A DNA stretch of 64,000 bases, taken from assembly GCA_016839585.1 (NCBI GenBank), contig JAEOTZ010000058.1:1-64000 (forward strand), in the 5' to 3' direction. Of the stretch, positions 8,475 through 18,606 are shown piece after piece (position 1 is the stretch's first letter; each line of letters opens with the position of its first letter). The position numbers were made by a program, and so were the translations under genes. Below the pieces are notes generated by a model that saw only the letters and a list, made by a program, of their open reading frames with translations, made no database searches and was not told the origin of the DNA. This DNA comes from Promethearchaeota archaeon. Lineage in GTDB: Archaea; Asgardarchaeota; Lokiarchaeia; Sigyniarchaeales; SOKP01.

Positions 8475-10823
8475 ATGCAAACTGGAAAAAAATTAGCTTT
8501 AGTGAGTATATTTTTACTGGTATTAGGATTCCTCGTATCTAATATAATACAAATGCCTGTAACTAATAAATTGGGGAGTCATAATTCCACACTACCTCGT
8601 TCTTCAGATCAATACCATGATGATCTCAATTCTGTTTTTACAAAAAAACTCACCGATTATGAGACTTTTGCCTATTTTCCGCAGATTTACGAACCATCAT
8701 TACAGGCAACCTATTATGCTCTCTATGTTTACAATGCTATTGGAGAATTGACTCAGGTAAATGGGGAGGAAATTAAAAATTATATCATGTCTTGCTATGA
8801 TTCAGTTAGTGGTCTGTTTTATGATGAATATGCCTATCGATATCTAGATCTTGATCCAAGTCAAGGTTATTATCCATATACCTCTCTACTTCAGGTGAAT
8901 TGTTATGCCATACAATCCTTAGCTCTTTTAAGTAGATTGAACTTAATTGAAAACCAAAGCTTTATCAATTTTATTTGGAGCTGTTACAATCCTGTCTCTG
9001 ATGGATTTATAGGACAACCTTATGATTTAAGTCTAGATGCTATTTTTAGATTAGCAACTATGGATAATATTTATTATGCGGTTATAACCTTGGATACTCT
9101 TATGGAAAGCTGGGATGAATATACAACAGAGAAGAACAAAATTATTCAATTCATAAACAACTTACAGATATCACTTAATACTGACTGGAAATATGGTGGC
9201 TTTTATAATGATGAGGATAGTTCATTTGACAGCATAAAACCTACCAGAGAACCAAGCCTTCTCTCTGCTTATTATTCTATCAAGACATTGGAAGTGTTTG
9301 AAATGGAAGAGACAATTAATGTAAATAGCTTCCATCAATTTCTTGAGGAGCATTACAAGGATGATACCTATTTTGAGATGTCATACCCTGAGCATAATAT
9401 AACTAATATAGTAGCTACAGCACTTGGATTAGAACTTTCCAACATAATGGGATTTTCAGAAATAAATGAGAGTAATGTAGTCAATTTTATCCTTAATAAT
9501 AGAAATTCTCAAGGTACATGGGATTCTTCAACAACAGTTGACATGCATGAATTAATGGATACGTTTCAAATCATCCGGTCTTTAGTTAATAGTGGAGCAA
9601 TTTCGAACCTAACATCGTTAGATAAATTTGAGATTGTTAGTACCTTGAATACCTATAAACAGTATAAAGGTTTTTCCCTTGTCTCTAAAGAATATACCTC
9701 CCTATATCTTCTCAACACCATCATCAGTTCCTTTCAAATGTTTGACATGATCTCAGATTTAGAAATCCAAGATATTTATGACCATATAGAAGCATGTTTC
9801 AGATATTTTAGTTATCCTGAAGACTGGTATGCTTTTCTGCCTTACATTAATGCTGATTTATTGAAACCAGAATTTCGTTCATATCCTATTGAGTATAATA
9901 ATCGAGGGTATCATAACTATATTACACGAATAGATTACTTATGTTCATTTAAGACTATGTATTTTGCTTTAGATTCAATGGAAAAAATGTTTAAGTTAGA
10001 TGATTTTAAAGATATGGCTGTTCTTAACAATTTAATTAATGATATTATACAATCACAGTTTTTAAATGACTCGTTTCCTAATGTCTATGGGGCGTTCGTT
10101 CCTATGAGGGGCTATACTTTTTTTTCCAATGAAAGTCAAGCACAAAAAATCTTTTTTGAATATTCCTACTATGCGACAAGATCTTTAGAATTGCTAGCAA
10201 CCCAGCTAGAACTGGGTAATCTAACTGATATACCATTTGATAAAGATGCTCTTTATACCTATATAGATAATAACATAATCGAGAACTCTATGAACCTTTA
10301 TTTTAATTCATGGTATACTAATGATATTGCTATTAGATTTCAAAACACCTATTATATGGTATATGTATTGAAAGCAATGGATAGATACGACTTAGATAAT
10401 GATAAAATAAAAAATTTCATAATCAGTAATTTGGATTATACTAATATTAAAAATATCTATTATGCCTTTAAACTATCAAACTTTTTGGATCTAAATATTC
10501 CCTTTAATCTACCTTCTAGTGTTAATATAGTAGAGCAAATATTTTCAGAATTACATAAGGAATACTACCTTACGACAGCAAAAGATAATATTGAACAAGA
10601 AATTGTAATGTGGATCTCTGAGATGTTAAAAGATAACTTTTTTCAATATAATTCAGGAGATACCGTAAAAAGCTCAAATATTAATGTAGATCCTGCAATT
10701 CCTTTAGCACTTGTATTTATTATCGTACCTGGCGCTGTTATTTTTGTATCTACTAAGCAGTTGAATGGCAAAAAAAGAAGGCTACATACTAGTAAAAATA
10801 CCGATAAAAATACCAAATTTTAA
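8475..10823 (+). CDS. exported prenyltransferase/squalene-oxidase-repeat (alpha/alpha barrel) protein with C-terminal TM
   Basis: Signal peptide; repeated TYYA...L..L and GGF/DGF motifs; C-terminal TM + basic tail. Confidence 0.75.
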   Translation: MQTGKKLALVSIFLLVLGFLVSNIIQMPVTNKLGSHNSTLPRSSDQYHDDLNSVFTKKLTDYETFAYFPQIYEPSLQATYYALYVYNAIGELTQVNGEEIKNYIMSCYDSVSGLFYDEYAYRYLDLDPSQGYYPYTSLLQVNCYAIQSLALLSRLNLIENQSFINFIWSCYNPVSDGFIGQPYDLSLDAIFRLATMDNIYYAVITLDTLMESWDEYTTEKNKIIQFINNLQISLNTDWKYGGFYNDEDSSFDSIKPTREPSLLSAYYSIKTLEVFEMEETINVNSFHQFLEEHYKDDTYFEMSYPEHNITNIVATALGLELSNIMGFSEINESNVVNFILNNRNSQGTWDSSTTVDMHELMDTFQIIRSLVNSGAISNLTSLDKFEIVSTLNTYKQYKGFSLVSKEYTSLYLLNTIISSFQMFDMISDLEIQDIYDHIEACFRYFSYPEDWYAFLPYINADLLKPEFRSYPIEYNNRGYHNYITRIDYLCSFKTMYFALDSMEKMFKLDDFKDMAVLNNLINDIIQSQFLNDSFPNVYGAFVPMRGYTFFSNESQAQKIFFEYSYYATRSLELLATQLELGNLTDIPFDKDALYTYIDNNIIENSMNLYFNSWYTNDIAIRFQNTYYMVYVLKAMDRYDLDNDKIKNFIISNLDYTNIKNIYYAFKLSNFLDLNIPFNLPSSVNIVEQIFSELHKEYYLTTAKDNIEQEIVMWISEMLKDNFFQYNSGDTVKSSNINVDPAIPLALVFIIVPGAVIFVSTKQLNGKKRRLHTSKNTDKNTKF

Positions 10824-10861
10824 CTTTTTTTCTTTTTATTTGAATAGCTGATTTAGATCTG

Positions 10862-11449
10862 ATGACTGAAGGATCATTTTCTAAGGACTTTGTTAATATG
10901 TTAAATTATGTTCTTGAAGCTCTAGAGGGTTTTAGGGACAATTATACTAAGAAATTCAATTTTAGTAAATTAATAGAGCATTTAAAAGTTCCAAAATCGG
11001 AGATTGATAATTTTATTTATCTAATTTTGAATTTTCAAGAGAAATTTAACGGTGTATTTAAACATCACGTACTTAAGAAAAAAATGGATAATGGAACCAT
11101 TTATTTAATAACAGAGAAAAAGAAAAATTCAGTCATTCATATCCCTGAAATTATTAATATAAAACAATCAGATCTTCCTATTCTTAGTGATATTATCTAT
11201 CTGTTTAAGTTTGTGAAACGAGGGAAAGGTTTTAATAGCAATTCAAATGGAACAGATCTTTTAAGAAACCTCAAAAAACTCCAACAACAATATCCTTATC
11301 TATTCGAAGTAAAAGACAACGGGTTAATCTACCCCTCAGACTTAGGTCTAAAATTTGGGGAATTAATCCTCTCTTTTAGCAAAAACAATAAAGAAATTAC
11401 AGAAGCTAAAATGGATAATTACTCCTTTAGGGTGATTCACAATGAGTGA
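10862..11449 (+). CDS. hypothetical protein, probable winged-helix
   Basis: Overlaps the hef start; IYPSDLG wHTH-like ending. Confidence 0.7.
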   Translation: MTEGSFSKDFVNMLNYVLEALEGFRDNYTKKFNFSKLIEHLKVPKSEIDNFIYLILNFQEKFNGVFKHHVLKKKMDNGTIYLITEKKKNSVIHIPEIINIKQSDLPILSDIIYLFKFVKRGKGFNSNSNGTDLLRNLKKLQQQYPYLFEVKDNGLIYPSDLGLKFGELILSFSKNNKEITEAKMDNYSFRVIHNE

Positions 11450-13574
11450 TACTGTAGATAATCATCAAATTGAATTTAGAAAATATCAATCCACGATTGC
11501 AGAAAAGTGTATCAATAAAAACTCGTTAGTAGTATTACCAACTGGCTTAGGAAAGACGATAATTGCCGTTTTGGTGGCAAGTAAGACATTGGAATTATTC
11601 CCCTCTGAGAATAAAATAATAGTGTTGGCACCTACCCGTCCTTTAATTAACCAACATTATGAAACTTTTCACAAATTTTTAAATATCCATGAAAAAAATA
11701 GCTATATTTTAACAGGTAAGGTGTCTCCTGAAAAAAGAACACAGTTGTTTACGGAAAATCAATTCTTATTTTATACCCCGCAAACCCTAAGAAATGACTT
11801 GGTAAATCAAAAATATGATCTTTCAGAAGTCTCACTAATTATTTTTGATGAGGCACACCATTCTACCGGAGATTATCCATACCCGCTTATTGGAGATAAG
11901 TATATTGATCAAAATCCCGATGGAACTATCTTAGCACTAACCGCTTCACCTGGAGCATCAAAAAATAAAATTAATGAATTATGTAAGAGTCTACACATCC
12001 CTATTGAGAATATCCATATACGAACCAGAAAAGACCAAGATGTCAAGACGTACATAAAACCAATGGACATTTACAAGGTTAGCGTAAACATGACAAGCAT
12101 AATGAAGGATGTCTATACGGCAATTAATGGAATTCTAGAAGAACGGCTCCAATATCTTTCTCAAGTCAATTTTCTGGAAAAAAAATCAGATCCGTTTTAC
12201 AAAAAAATCATAAGAAAAGATCTTCTTAGATTGAACAAAGAATTAGTTAGCATTTTACACAGCAATGGAGATAAGACGGGGGTATATAGTGCTTTATCAA
12301 TTAATGCTCAAGGACTCATTTTGTATCATATGATTGAATTAGTAGAACAACAGGGACTAGATGTATTACTTCAATATCTGGAAAAAGTCAATAAGGATGC
12401 AAAGAAACGCACAAGTTCAAAGGCTATTAAAATTTTGGCAAGTGATCATCGACTTAGAAATATATTTCTAGAGTTGAAGAAAAACAAAGATTTCTCCCCT
12501 GAAAACTTAACTCATCCCAAATACCCTGTTTTAGTTAAAATTATCTTAGAGGAGTTAAAAAGAAATCCTAGGGCACGTATTCTTGTGTTTGTGAAATTAA
12601 GAGATTCCATAAAAAACATTGTTAAGAAATTAAGTAGGTATGAAAATATTAAAGCGACACGGTTTGTTGGTCAGACTACGAAATCAGAGGACGATAAAGG
12701 TTTATCACAAAAACGACAAATAGAGATTTTAGACGAATTCAAACAGGGAATTTATAATGTATTGGTCTCAACTAATGTTGGAGAGGAAGGACTCGATATT
12801 GCTGAATGTGACCTTGTCATTTTTTATGATGTAGTCGCTTCAGAAATACGTTTAATTCAGAGAAAGGGAAGAACTGCTCGGCACAGGGAAGGCAAAGTAG
12901 TCATTCTATATTGCAATGGAACGCATGATGAGGTATATCTTCGAATTGCTTTAAGTAAATTAAAAAGAATGAATGTCAACCTAAAAAATCCATCTCAGCT
13001 AAAAACATATTACGAGCAAGAGAATAACAAAGAAGCAAAGTTTGAAGTTCCTGAAGATATAGAGAGTATATCCACTTCGACTGATATTAAGCCAAACAAA
13101 AAGCAATATCAATCTAAATTGGAAACTTTTATGAACAGTCCTCCAGAGCAACAACAACAAGTCCTTCAAGAAAAAAAGATCTCAAATATTAGGATTAGTA
13201 GAAATTTTCCTACTTCATTTGGACTAAGAAAGAAATTACAAGGGGATGCTATTGAATTTCAAATTGTTGATTTTGATCTCCATATTATTCTTTACAATAA
13301 GGTTCTAATACAGATATTTGATCCAAAAAATTGCTCATTTAAGGATTTGCTTTCAGAAATCCAAGATCTAAAGCAGATCTGTAAACTCCTTATTATAATA
13401 TTCGATTTTATAGACTACAGACAAGATTTTGGGGGAGAAAGGCGAATATTGAAGAAAAAAATCAATGATTTTGCTACTAATCATTCATTGCATATCATCA
13501 ATGTAGACGATCCTGAAGAACTCTATTTTATTGTGAAAAATATTTATGAGAATCCGCAAGAAGAGAGGTTATGA
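11442..13574 (+). CDS. hef: Hef/FANCM-like SF2 helicase with degenerate C-terminal nuclease-like domain
   Basis: LPTGLGKT, LAPTRPL, DEAHH, LTASPG, RFVGQ, GEEGLDI, QRKGRTAR; no ERKxxxD XPF motif seen in the C-terminus. Confidence 0.9.
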   Translation: MSDTVDNHQIEFRKYQSTIAEKCINKNSLVVLPTGLGKTIIAVLVASKTLELFPSENKIIVLAPTRPLINQHYETFHKFLNIHEKNSYILTGKVSPEKRTQLFTENQFLFYTPQTLRNDLVNQKYDLSEVSLIIFDEAHHSTGDYPYPLIGDKYIDQNPDGTILALTASPGASKNKINELCKSLHIPIENIHIRTRKDQDVKTYIKPMDIYKVSVNMTSIMKDVYTAINGILEERLQYLSQVNFLEKKSDPFYKKIIRKDLLRLNKELVSILHSNGDKTGVYSALSINAQGLILYHMIELVEQQGLDVLLQYLEKVNKDAKKRTSSKAIKILASDHRLRNIFLELKKNKDFSPENLTHPKYPVLVKIILEELKRNPRARILVFVKLRDSIKNIVKKLSRYENIKATRFVGQTTKSEDDKGLSQKRQIEILDEFKQGIYNVLVSTNVGEEGLDIAECDLVIFYDVVASEIRLIQRKGRTARHREGKVVILYCNGTHDEVYLRIALSKLKRMNVNLKNPSQLKTYYEQENNKEAKFEVPEDIESISTSTDIKPNKKQYQSKLETFMNSPPEQQQQVLQEKKISNIRISRNFPTSFGLRKKLQGDAIEFQIVDFDLHIILYNKVLIQIFDPKNCSFKDLLSEIQDLKQICKLLIIIFDFIDYRQDFGGERRILKKKINDFATNHSLHIINVDDPEELYFIVKNIYENPQEERL

Positions 13575-14104
13575 TGGAAGAAACAGAATGGAAAAAGGAT
13601 GAGACCCCTTACTTAGTATTTAGGTGTCATAAATGCAAGCGTTATCTGTATGTAAAGACAATTCAAAAATCTAAAAAATGTCTACAATGTGGTCACATGC
13701 ATAAGGTCTCTACTATTTTAAAATCGGGAGAAATCATAGATGGTCTGACAAACGCAATAAAAACCGTAAAAGAAAGACAAAATGAACTAGCTCTAAAAGA
13801 AATGGGAAATAGACTTGAATTTAGAGGATCACAGGATTTTACAATTGTTAGAAAGCAAAAAAACAAAAAATCTCAACTTACTAACAATGATAATGAAAAT
13901 GATTATGAAGAGAAATTTAAGAAAATGCTTATGGAAATATCTAAGACCTATAAAGAGTTTCCTTACTATATTATTGAAGTAATGGCAGAGAACTACGGTA
14001 TTCCGAATTCGGAATTAAAGATCCTAACAAGATATTTCTTAAAAAAAGGATTTTTAACACGGTTAGAAAATTACCTATATTCTATAAATTGTAAAAGTAG
14101 TTAA
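13571..14104 (+). CDS. Zn-ribbon (DUF1922-like) + winged-helix protein
   Basis: YLVFRCHKC...KKCLQCG; C-terminal FLKKGFL wHTH-like. Confidence 0.75.
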   Translation: MMEETEWKKDETPYLVFRCHKCKRYLYVKTIQKSKKCLQCGHMHKVSTILKSGEIIDGLTNAIKTVKERQNELALKEMGNRLEFRGSQDFTIVRKQKNKKSQLTNNDNENDYEEKFKKMLMEISKTYKEFPYYIIEVMAENYGIPNSELKILTRYFLKKGFLTRLENYLYSINCKSS

Positions 14105-14342
14105 TTTTTTCAAAAAATTTTCTTAAATCTCCCCCAAATTCATATTGAAAAATAGTCTGATATTCAGGATGGCGTTTTTTAAATGGAATTTCTTCATTTC
14201 CGTTATAAATATATAAAGGTTTAACATGGTCTAAAAGTTCCGAAAACGGAACTGTAAGTTCTTTAATATTAATAGGCCTTTTCTTGGAAATCTGGTCTTT
14301 GGTACTATCGTGAATTTTTTTCTTAACGGTTTTAGAACTCAT
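14082..14342 (-). CDS. small hypothetical protein
   Basis: Motif variant TTTTTCTTTAAAAA (14367-14380) 25 nt upstream. Confidence 0.65.
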   Translation of the reverse strand: MSSKTVKKKIHDSTKDQISKKRPINIKELTVPFSELLDHVKPLYIYNGNEEIPFKKRHPEYQTIFQYEFGGDLRKFFEKINYFYNL

Positions 14343-14390
14343 CTTAATTTATTAATATTGTGGATATTTTTAAAGAAAAATTATTATTTA

Positions 14391-14672
14391 CTATTCACTA
14401 TTTTTTATTTTTTCTGTTAATTGTTTTAGATACAATTTCATAAAATATCTCTCACTTTCGGCAAATTCTAATTTCTGCTTCTTTGTAAGGTTGATACAAT
14501 TCAATAAGATTGAATGGACTTTTTTGAGAGTAATAAGATTTTCATCAATAATATCCTCTAGATTCTCATTCGAAGATTTATCAGAGTTAATACTTTGGAA
14601 AAATGATTCTTTAGAGTCTTTTAACCCTTCTGAAATATTTTGAGTATCTTTCTTATCTGTTTGCGAATCCAT
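14391..14672 (-). CDS. small hypothetical protein
   Basis: Operonic, directly downstream of the Hel308-like gene. Confidence 0.6.
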   Translation of the reverse strand: MDSQTDKKDTQNISEGLKDSKESFFQSINSDKSSNENLEDIIDENLITLKKVHSILLNCINLTKKQKLEFAESERYFMKLYLKQLTEKIKNSE

Positions 14673-14684
14673 ATCTTCTTTTCT

Positions 14685-17171
14685 CTATTTTTTAGTTCCC
14701 TTAATTATCTTCTTACAAAGATTTATCCCTAGTCCTGTCTTTTGATTAAGGACATAAGGGTTTTCTTTTTTCACTTGAGAAGAGGTATGATATCCAGCAT
14801 TATATAAGATACGTGCTCTTGCGCGTGCCACATCATTTAACCGTAACACTAAGTCAAATAATTCTTCTCGTATCCCATAATGAATTCTAATTCTCAGAGT
14901 CTCTGACATTTCTGCCACATTGGTAAGTTTATCTTGTAAATCAATTCCGCTTGTGCTTAAATTACTTGCTATTATTCTAATGAAGTTTATTATTCTTTCA
15001 ATATTATCTCTTACCGAATAGAGATCGCCTGCCATAGCGTTATATCTCTCTAAAATAAGGTCAATTGGTTCCTCATCTGCCCATTCTAAAATAGGATTTA
15101 GCATAGTATAATCCCGAATTCTATTTTCTAATTTTAAAATATCAAATGCCTCTTTTATCAACTCCTGATACGAGTTTATCTCCTTACTTTCAAGCTTGTA
15201 CCGTATTAAAACTCCAGAAGCAGGATATAAATAAAGACGAATGATAAGTTTGCCAAATTGAGAACACTTTATAGTACCATCAGGTTCTTTAATAACCAAT
15301 CCTTTCTCAAAAAGATAGTTCAAGATATATTGATTTCTAATTGATTTAGGTATAATATCATTAACATATTTCTCAAAATTCTTGTCTGGAAGCTCAATTA
15401 AATACAGCAAAAAGGAAGTGATATGATCGCAAAATTCAAAGGAAAACTCATCAGAGGTAAAATTATCGGAAATTCCATTCTTAAATCCACACGAACATTG
15501 AATTCCAGAATCAATATCAAATTGACATGAATACACCCCAAAATCAGTCTTAAGATATCCTGAAATAGTTGTATTAGTTAATTTGGTAATTTTTATAGGG
15601 TAGCTATGACTTTTTAGACTCTTAACCTTTTTAGGATCAGAATGCAATTTTAAAATATTTACAGGAGTAATTTCTTTAATCAAGAGCAATTGTTCAATGG
15701 GAATACTATTTTCTTTCATTTTTTGCTTGATACAAAACCAAAAATAAGTCTTTTCAAAAAATTGTTTTAATTGTGCTAATGAAATTTTTTTTTCCTCGTA
15801 AATTCTTAAAAGCACCTGTTCTTTTAGGGTATTTAATTTATTTAATCCCGAAGTTAAATCGTTATATTTTGGAACAAGACCATCTGAAAGGTTATCTTCT
15901 TGAAAAAAATGATCCTCGACCCAATGTTTCTCTTCAATATCTTTAGTAAGAATGATCCCATAACCAACTGAATCGAGTCCCGGTCTCCCTGCTCTTCCTA
16001 AAATCTGAAATACTTCATTTGCAGAAAAAGATTTGAAATAGGAAAATCCATTTCCGTTTTCGTAATACCCCGTAAAATTCTTAATATTTTGGATTGAAGT
16101 TACATATTTCTTATAATCTTTTAATATAACTACTCGTGCTGGAGTATTGATACCTGCTGATAAAGTGGTGGTACAGCAAATAACTTTGATGATTCGTTTT
16201 CTGAAATTATCTTCGATCGTCTTTCTTTCTTTAGGTAAAAGTCCAGCATGATGAAAGGCAATCCCATGCTTAATCACTTTCCTTAAATCTCGATGACTCC
16301 CTCTAATTGAACTTAAACTCTTGTCTAACGCTTTACACACATTTTTTTCTGGATCTTCTATATAAGTATCTACAAGATTCTTAAGATATTGTGCTGTTTG
16401 TTGTGCCCCCTTTCTTCGATTCAAAAAAATTAATACCTGCCCTTTATTCTCTAATGTTCTTTTCACGATCTTTTTAATAGTAGAATCTTTATTTTGGGTG
16501 ACTTCAATTCGATAATGAAGAGGTACGGGTCTTGAATCAGAGGTAATTAAGGTCGTTATATTTCCTAATGAAGAGAGCCAAGAATTAAAATATTTGGGGT
16601 TAGCTATGGTCGCTGAGAGTCCTATAATTTGTGGATTATGCAATAACTCATTCAATCGTACAATTAAGGACTCTAATCGTGGACCACGATCACTTTCTCC
16701 AATAATATGTATTTCATCAATAATGACCGTAGAAATAGTAAAGATCCAATCCTTATCACAAAAATTACGGAGAATAGAATCCATTTTCTCGTAAGTAGTT
16801 ATAATGATATCTGCCTTTTCTAATTTTGAATCGTCTACGTCATAATCTCCAATGGATAATTCAATCTTTACTCCAAACCGTCCATAATTCTTTTTAAAGT
16901 AAATGTACTTTTCAATTGCTAACGCCTTGTAGGGTACTAAATATATAGATTTCCCGAAGTTCTGGAATATGTTATTAAAGGCACAAACTTCTCCAATCAA
17001 GGTCTTACCACTCCCTGAAGGGGCACAAACTAAAAAAGATTTTCGAAAAAAGAGTCCCTTTTTAATGGCTTCCTTCTGGATATCCCGTAATTCAAAGATT
17101 TTGTTCTCGAATAAAACTCGTAGAATTCTCTTATCTAAAATATATTTAAATATCTCTCTCTCGGTATCCAT
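14685..17171 (-). CDS. hel308: Hel308/Ski2-like SF2 helicase with inserted SWIM Zn finger
   Basis: APSGSGKT, DEIH, GLSAT, HHAGL, TLSAGIN, GRAGRPG; CSC-x(n)-CDH SWIM; C-terminal HhH (ARARARILY); may start at ATA 17213. Confidence 0.88.
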   Translation of the reverse strand: MDTEREIFKYILDKRILRVLFENKIFELRDIQKEAIKKGLFFRKSFLVCAPSGSGKTLIGEVCAFNNIFQNFGKSIYLVPYKALAIEKYIYFKKNYGRFGVKIELSIGDYDVDDSKLEKADIIITTYEKMDSILRNFCDKDWIFTISTVIIDEIHIIGESDRGPRLESLIVRLNELLHNPQIIGLSATIANPKYFNSWLSSLGNITTLITSDSRPVPLHYRIEVTQNKDSTIKKIVKRTLENKGQVLIFLNRRKGAQQTAQYLKNLVDTYIEDPEKNVCKALDKSLSSIRGSHRDLRKVIKHGIAFHHAGLLPKERKTIEDNFRKRIIKVICCTTTLSAGINTPARVVILKDYKKYVTSIQNIKNFTGYYENGNGFSYFKSFSANEVFQILGRAGRPGLDSVGYGIILTKDIEEKHWVEDHFFQEDNLSDGLVPKYNDLTSGLNKLNTLKEQVLLRIYEEKKISLAQLKQFFEKTYFWFCIKQKMKENSIPIEQLLLIKEITPVNILKLHSDPKKVKSLKSHSYPIKITKLTNTTISGYLKTDFGVYSCQFDIDSGIQCSCGFKNGISDNFTSDEFSFEFCDHITSFLLYLIELPDKNFEKYVNDIIPKSIRNQYILNYLFEKGLVIKEPDGTIKCSQFGKLIIRLYLYPASGVLIRYKLESKEINSYQELIKEAFDILKLENRIRDYTMLNPILEWADEEPIDLILERYNAMAGDLYSVRDNIERIINFIRIIASNLSTSGIDLQDKLTNVAEMSETLRIRIHYGIREELFDLVLRLNDVARARARILYNAGYHTSSQVKKENPYVLNQKTGLGINLCKKIIKGTKK

Positions 17172-17228
17172 TTCTTCTTTATTGGTATCTTTCGTAAAAT
17201 CTAAAATGGTTATATTTTCTCACCTTAC

Positions 17229-17546
17229 TTAATATGGATTTGTCCAATTCTTTAACATCTCTTTAAACGTCTCAGAATCTCTTGAAAATTCTATGCTTTT
17301 GATAACTCCTACATTTCGGATATATAATTCTGTGTTAAAATAACAGATAAGAGCATGAAGTGGATTTCCATGAATATTAATATGGGGGCAATGAAGAAAT
17401 TGATTAGGGTTTAAGGTCTTTAAAACGCTTAGTTTAATGCCGATTTCGATCTCTTTTTTACAAAATGGACATCTAACCTTATTCTTTACTTTTTTCTTAA
17501 TTTCATTGCGATCTTTAATCTTTCCATAAACAATTACGATAGTACA
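17229..17546 (-). CDS. unannotated Zn-binding protein (CPFC...H-x-x-x-HGNPLH) lacking an in-frame canonical start
   Basis: Manual translation ...KVRCPFCKKEIEIG...CPHINIHGNPLHALICYFN...WTNPY*; motif TTTTTCTTTATATG at 17584-17597. Confidence 0.7.
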   Translation of the reverse strand, partial: CTIVIVYGKIKDRNEIKKKVKNKVRCPFCKKEIEIGIKLSVLKTLNPNQFLHCPHINIHGNPLHALICYFNTELYIRNVGVIKSIEFSRDSETFKEMLKNWTNPY

Positions 17547-17766
17547 TCACATTCCTTTGTTTATTCTATAATAAGATCAAAAGCATATAAAGAAAAAAGA
17601 AAAAGACAATGCTTGCCACAAAACTTAAGTACAAGGTCGAAATTACAAACCTTTTTTCTAATTTTAAGGTAAATCTTAAATATCAATCTACCCAATTTTT
17701 TCATTAGCAAAAATCTTTTAAAAATTAACTGATATTTTGTAAAATATAAAATACAGTGGTGATTTA

Positions 17767-18462
17767 ATGAAAAAATTAGGAAAAAAATCACTTTTGGGTC
17801 TATTGATAATAAGCATAGGAATAATGAGTTTTTCAAGTGTTGGATATGCTGGTATTTTCCTACCACCACCTAGACCACCAAGAGGACCGCTAAAGATTGG
17901 GATTTTCATTTGGAGTTCAGAAGTTTGTACTCAATCAATAATTGATGGATATGAAGATATACTTAGAGATGAAGGATATATTACATTCTTTAACTTTCCA
18001 GACTGTCATATTTATAGTGCCTTAGATACTATTGATGCTTTTGAGAAGGAAGGAGATACACTATTCTTCTATTTCTATGGTCATGGGGAGTATGATGAAA
18101 ATACAGATAATTCAAGATTTTATTATAAATCAGGTTTAGGGATATCTTCTTATCCACTTAGAACAGAGTTAGATCAACTCGAAGCTCATGCAAAAGGCTT
18201 TTTAATAGATTCCTGCTATTCAGGAGGATTTGTGGATGACTTTAACGATGAGCCTTATTTAGCGATGTCATCTGCAGATATATATCATAAAGCTAAGGGA
18301 ATAGGCGAACCTCCTGGGCCAGGAAAATTCTCTACTTGGTTTTGGTTAGCTGTATCACTTGGAATGCCTGATATATCGGCATTTAATTTTGCGTGCCAAT
18401 TTACTTCGTCCCAACATCCTCAAATAAGTGATATGTCCGATCATACATTCTTTGCCTCTTAA
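17767..18462 (+). CDS. secreted clan CD (caspase/legumain-like) cysteine peptidase
   Basis: Signal peptide; FFYFYGHG (His) and LIDSCYSGGF (Cys) dyad. Confidence 0.85.
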   Translation: MKKLGKKSLLGLLIISIGIMSFSSVGYAGIFLPPPRPPRGPLKIGIFIWSSEVCTQSIIDGYEDILRDEGYITFFNFPDCHIYSALDTIDAFEKEGDTLFFYFYGHGEYDENTDNSRFYYKSGLGISSYPLRTELDQLEAHAKGFLIDSCYSGGFVDDFNDEPYLAMSSADIYHKAKGIGEPPGPGKFSTWFWLAVSLGMPDISAFNFACQFTSSQHPQISDMSDHTFFAS

Positions 18463-18574
18463 ATTGAGCGAAAAATAACAGCAAATAATATCCACATTAA
18501 AATTTTTTTTTTCATTTTTGCAACAAAAAAATTGTTCTTTCATTATAAAATAGACTTGATCCTCAGTATCTTGT

Positions 18575-18588
18575 TTTTTCTTTAAATA
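18575..18588 (+). promoter_or_regulatory. TTTTTCTTTAAATA motif heading the 18.6-26.9 kb operon
   Basis: Exact copy 19-28 nt before TTG 18607 / ATG 18616. Confidence 0.7.
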
Positions 18589-18606
18589 TAAAGATAATAA
18601 TGGGGT

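Noticed and set aside
17547-17552. ATG-TGA as Met-Sec or a BHB intron
   Set aside because: The local hairpin lacks 3-4-3 geometry and no supporting SECIS was recognised.
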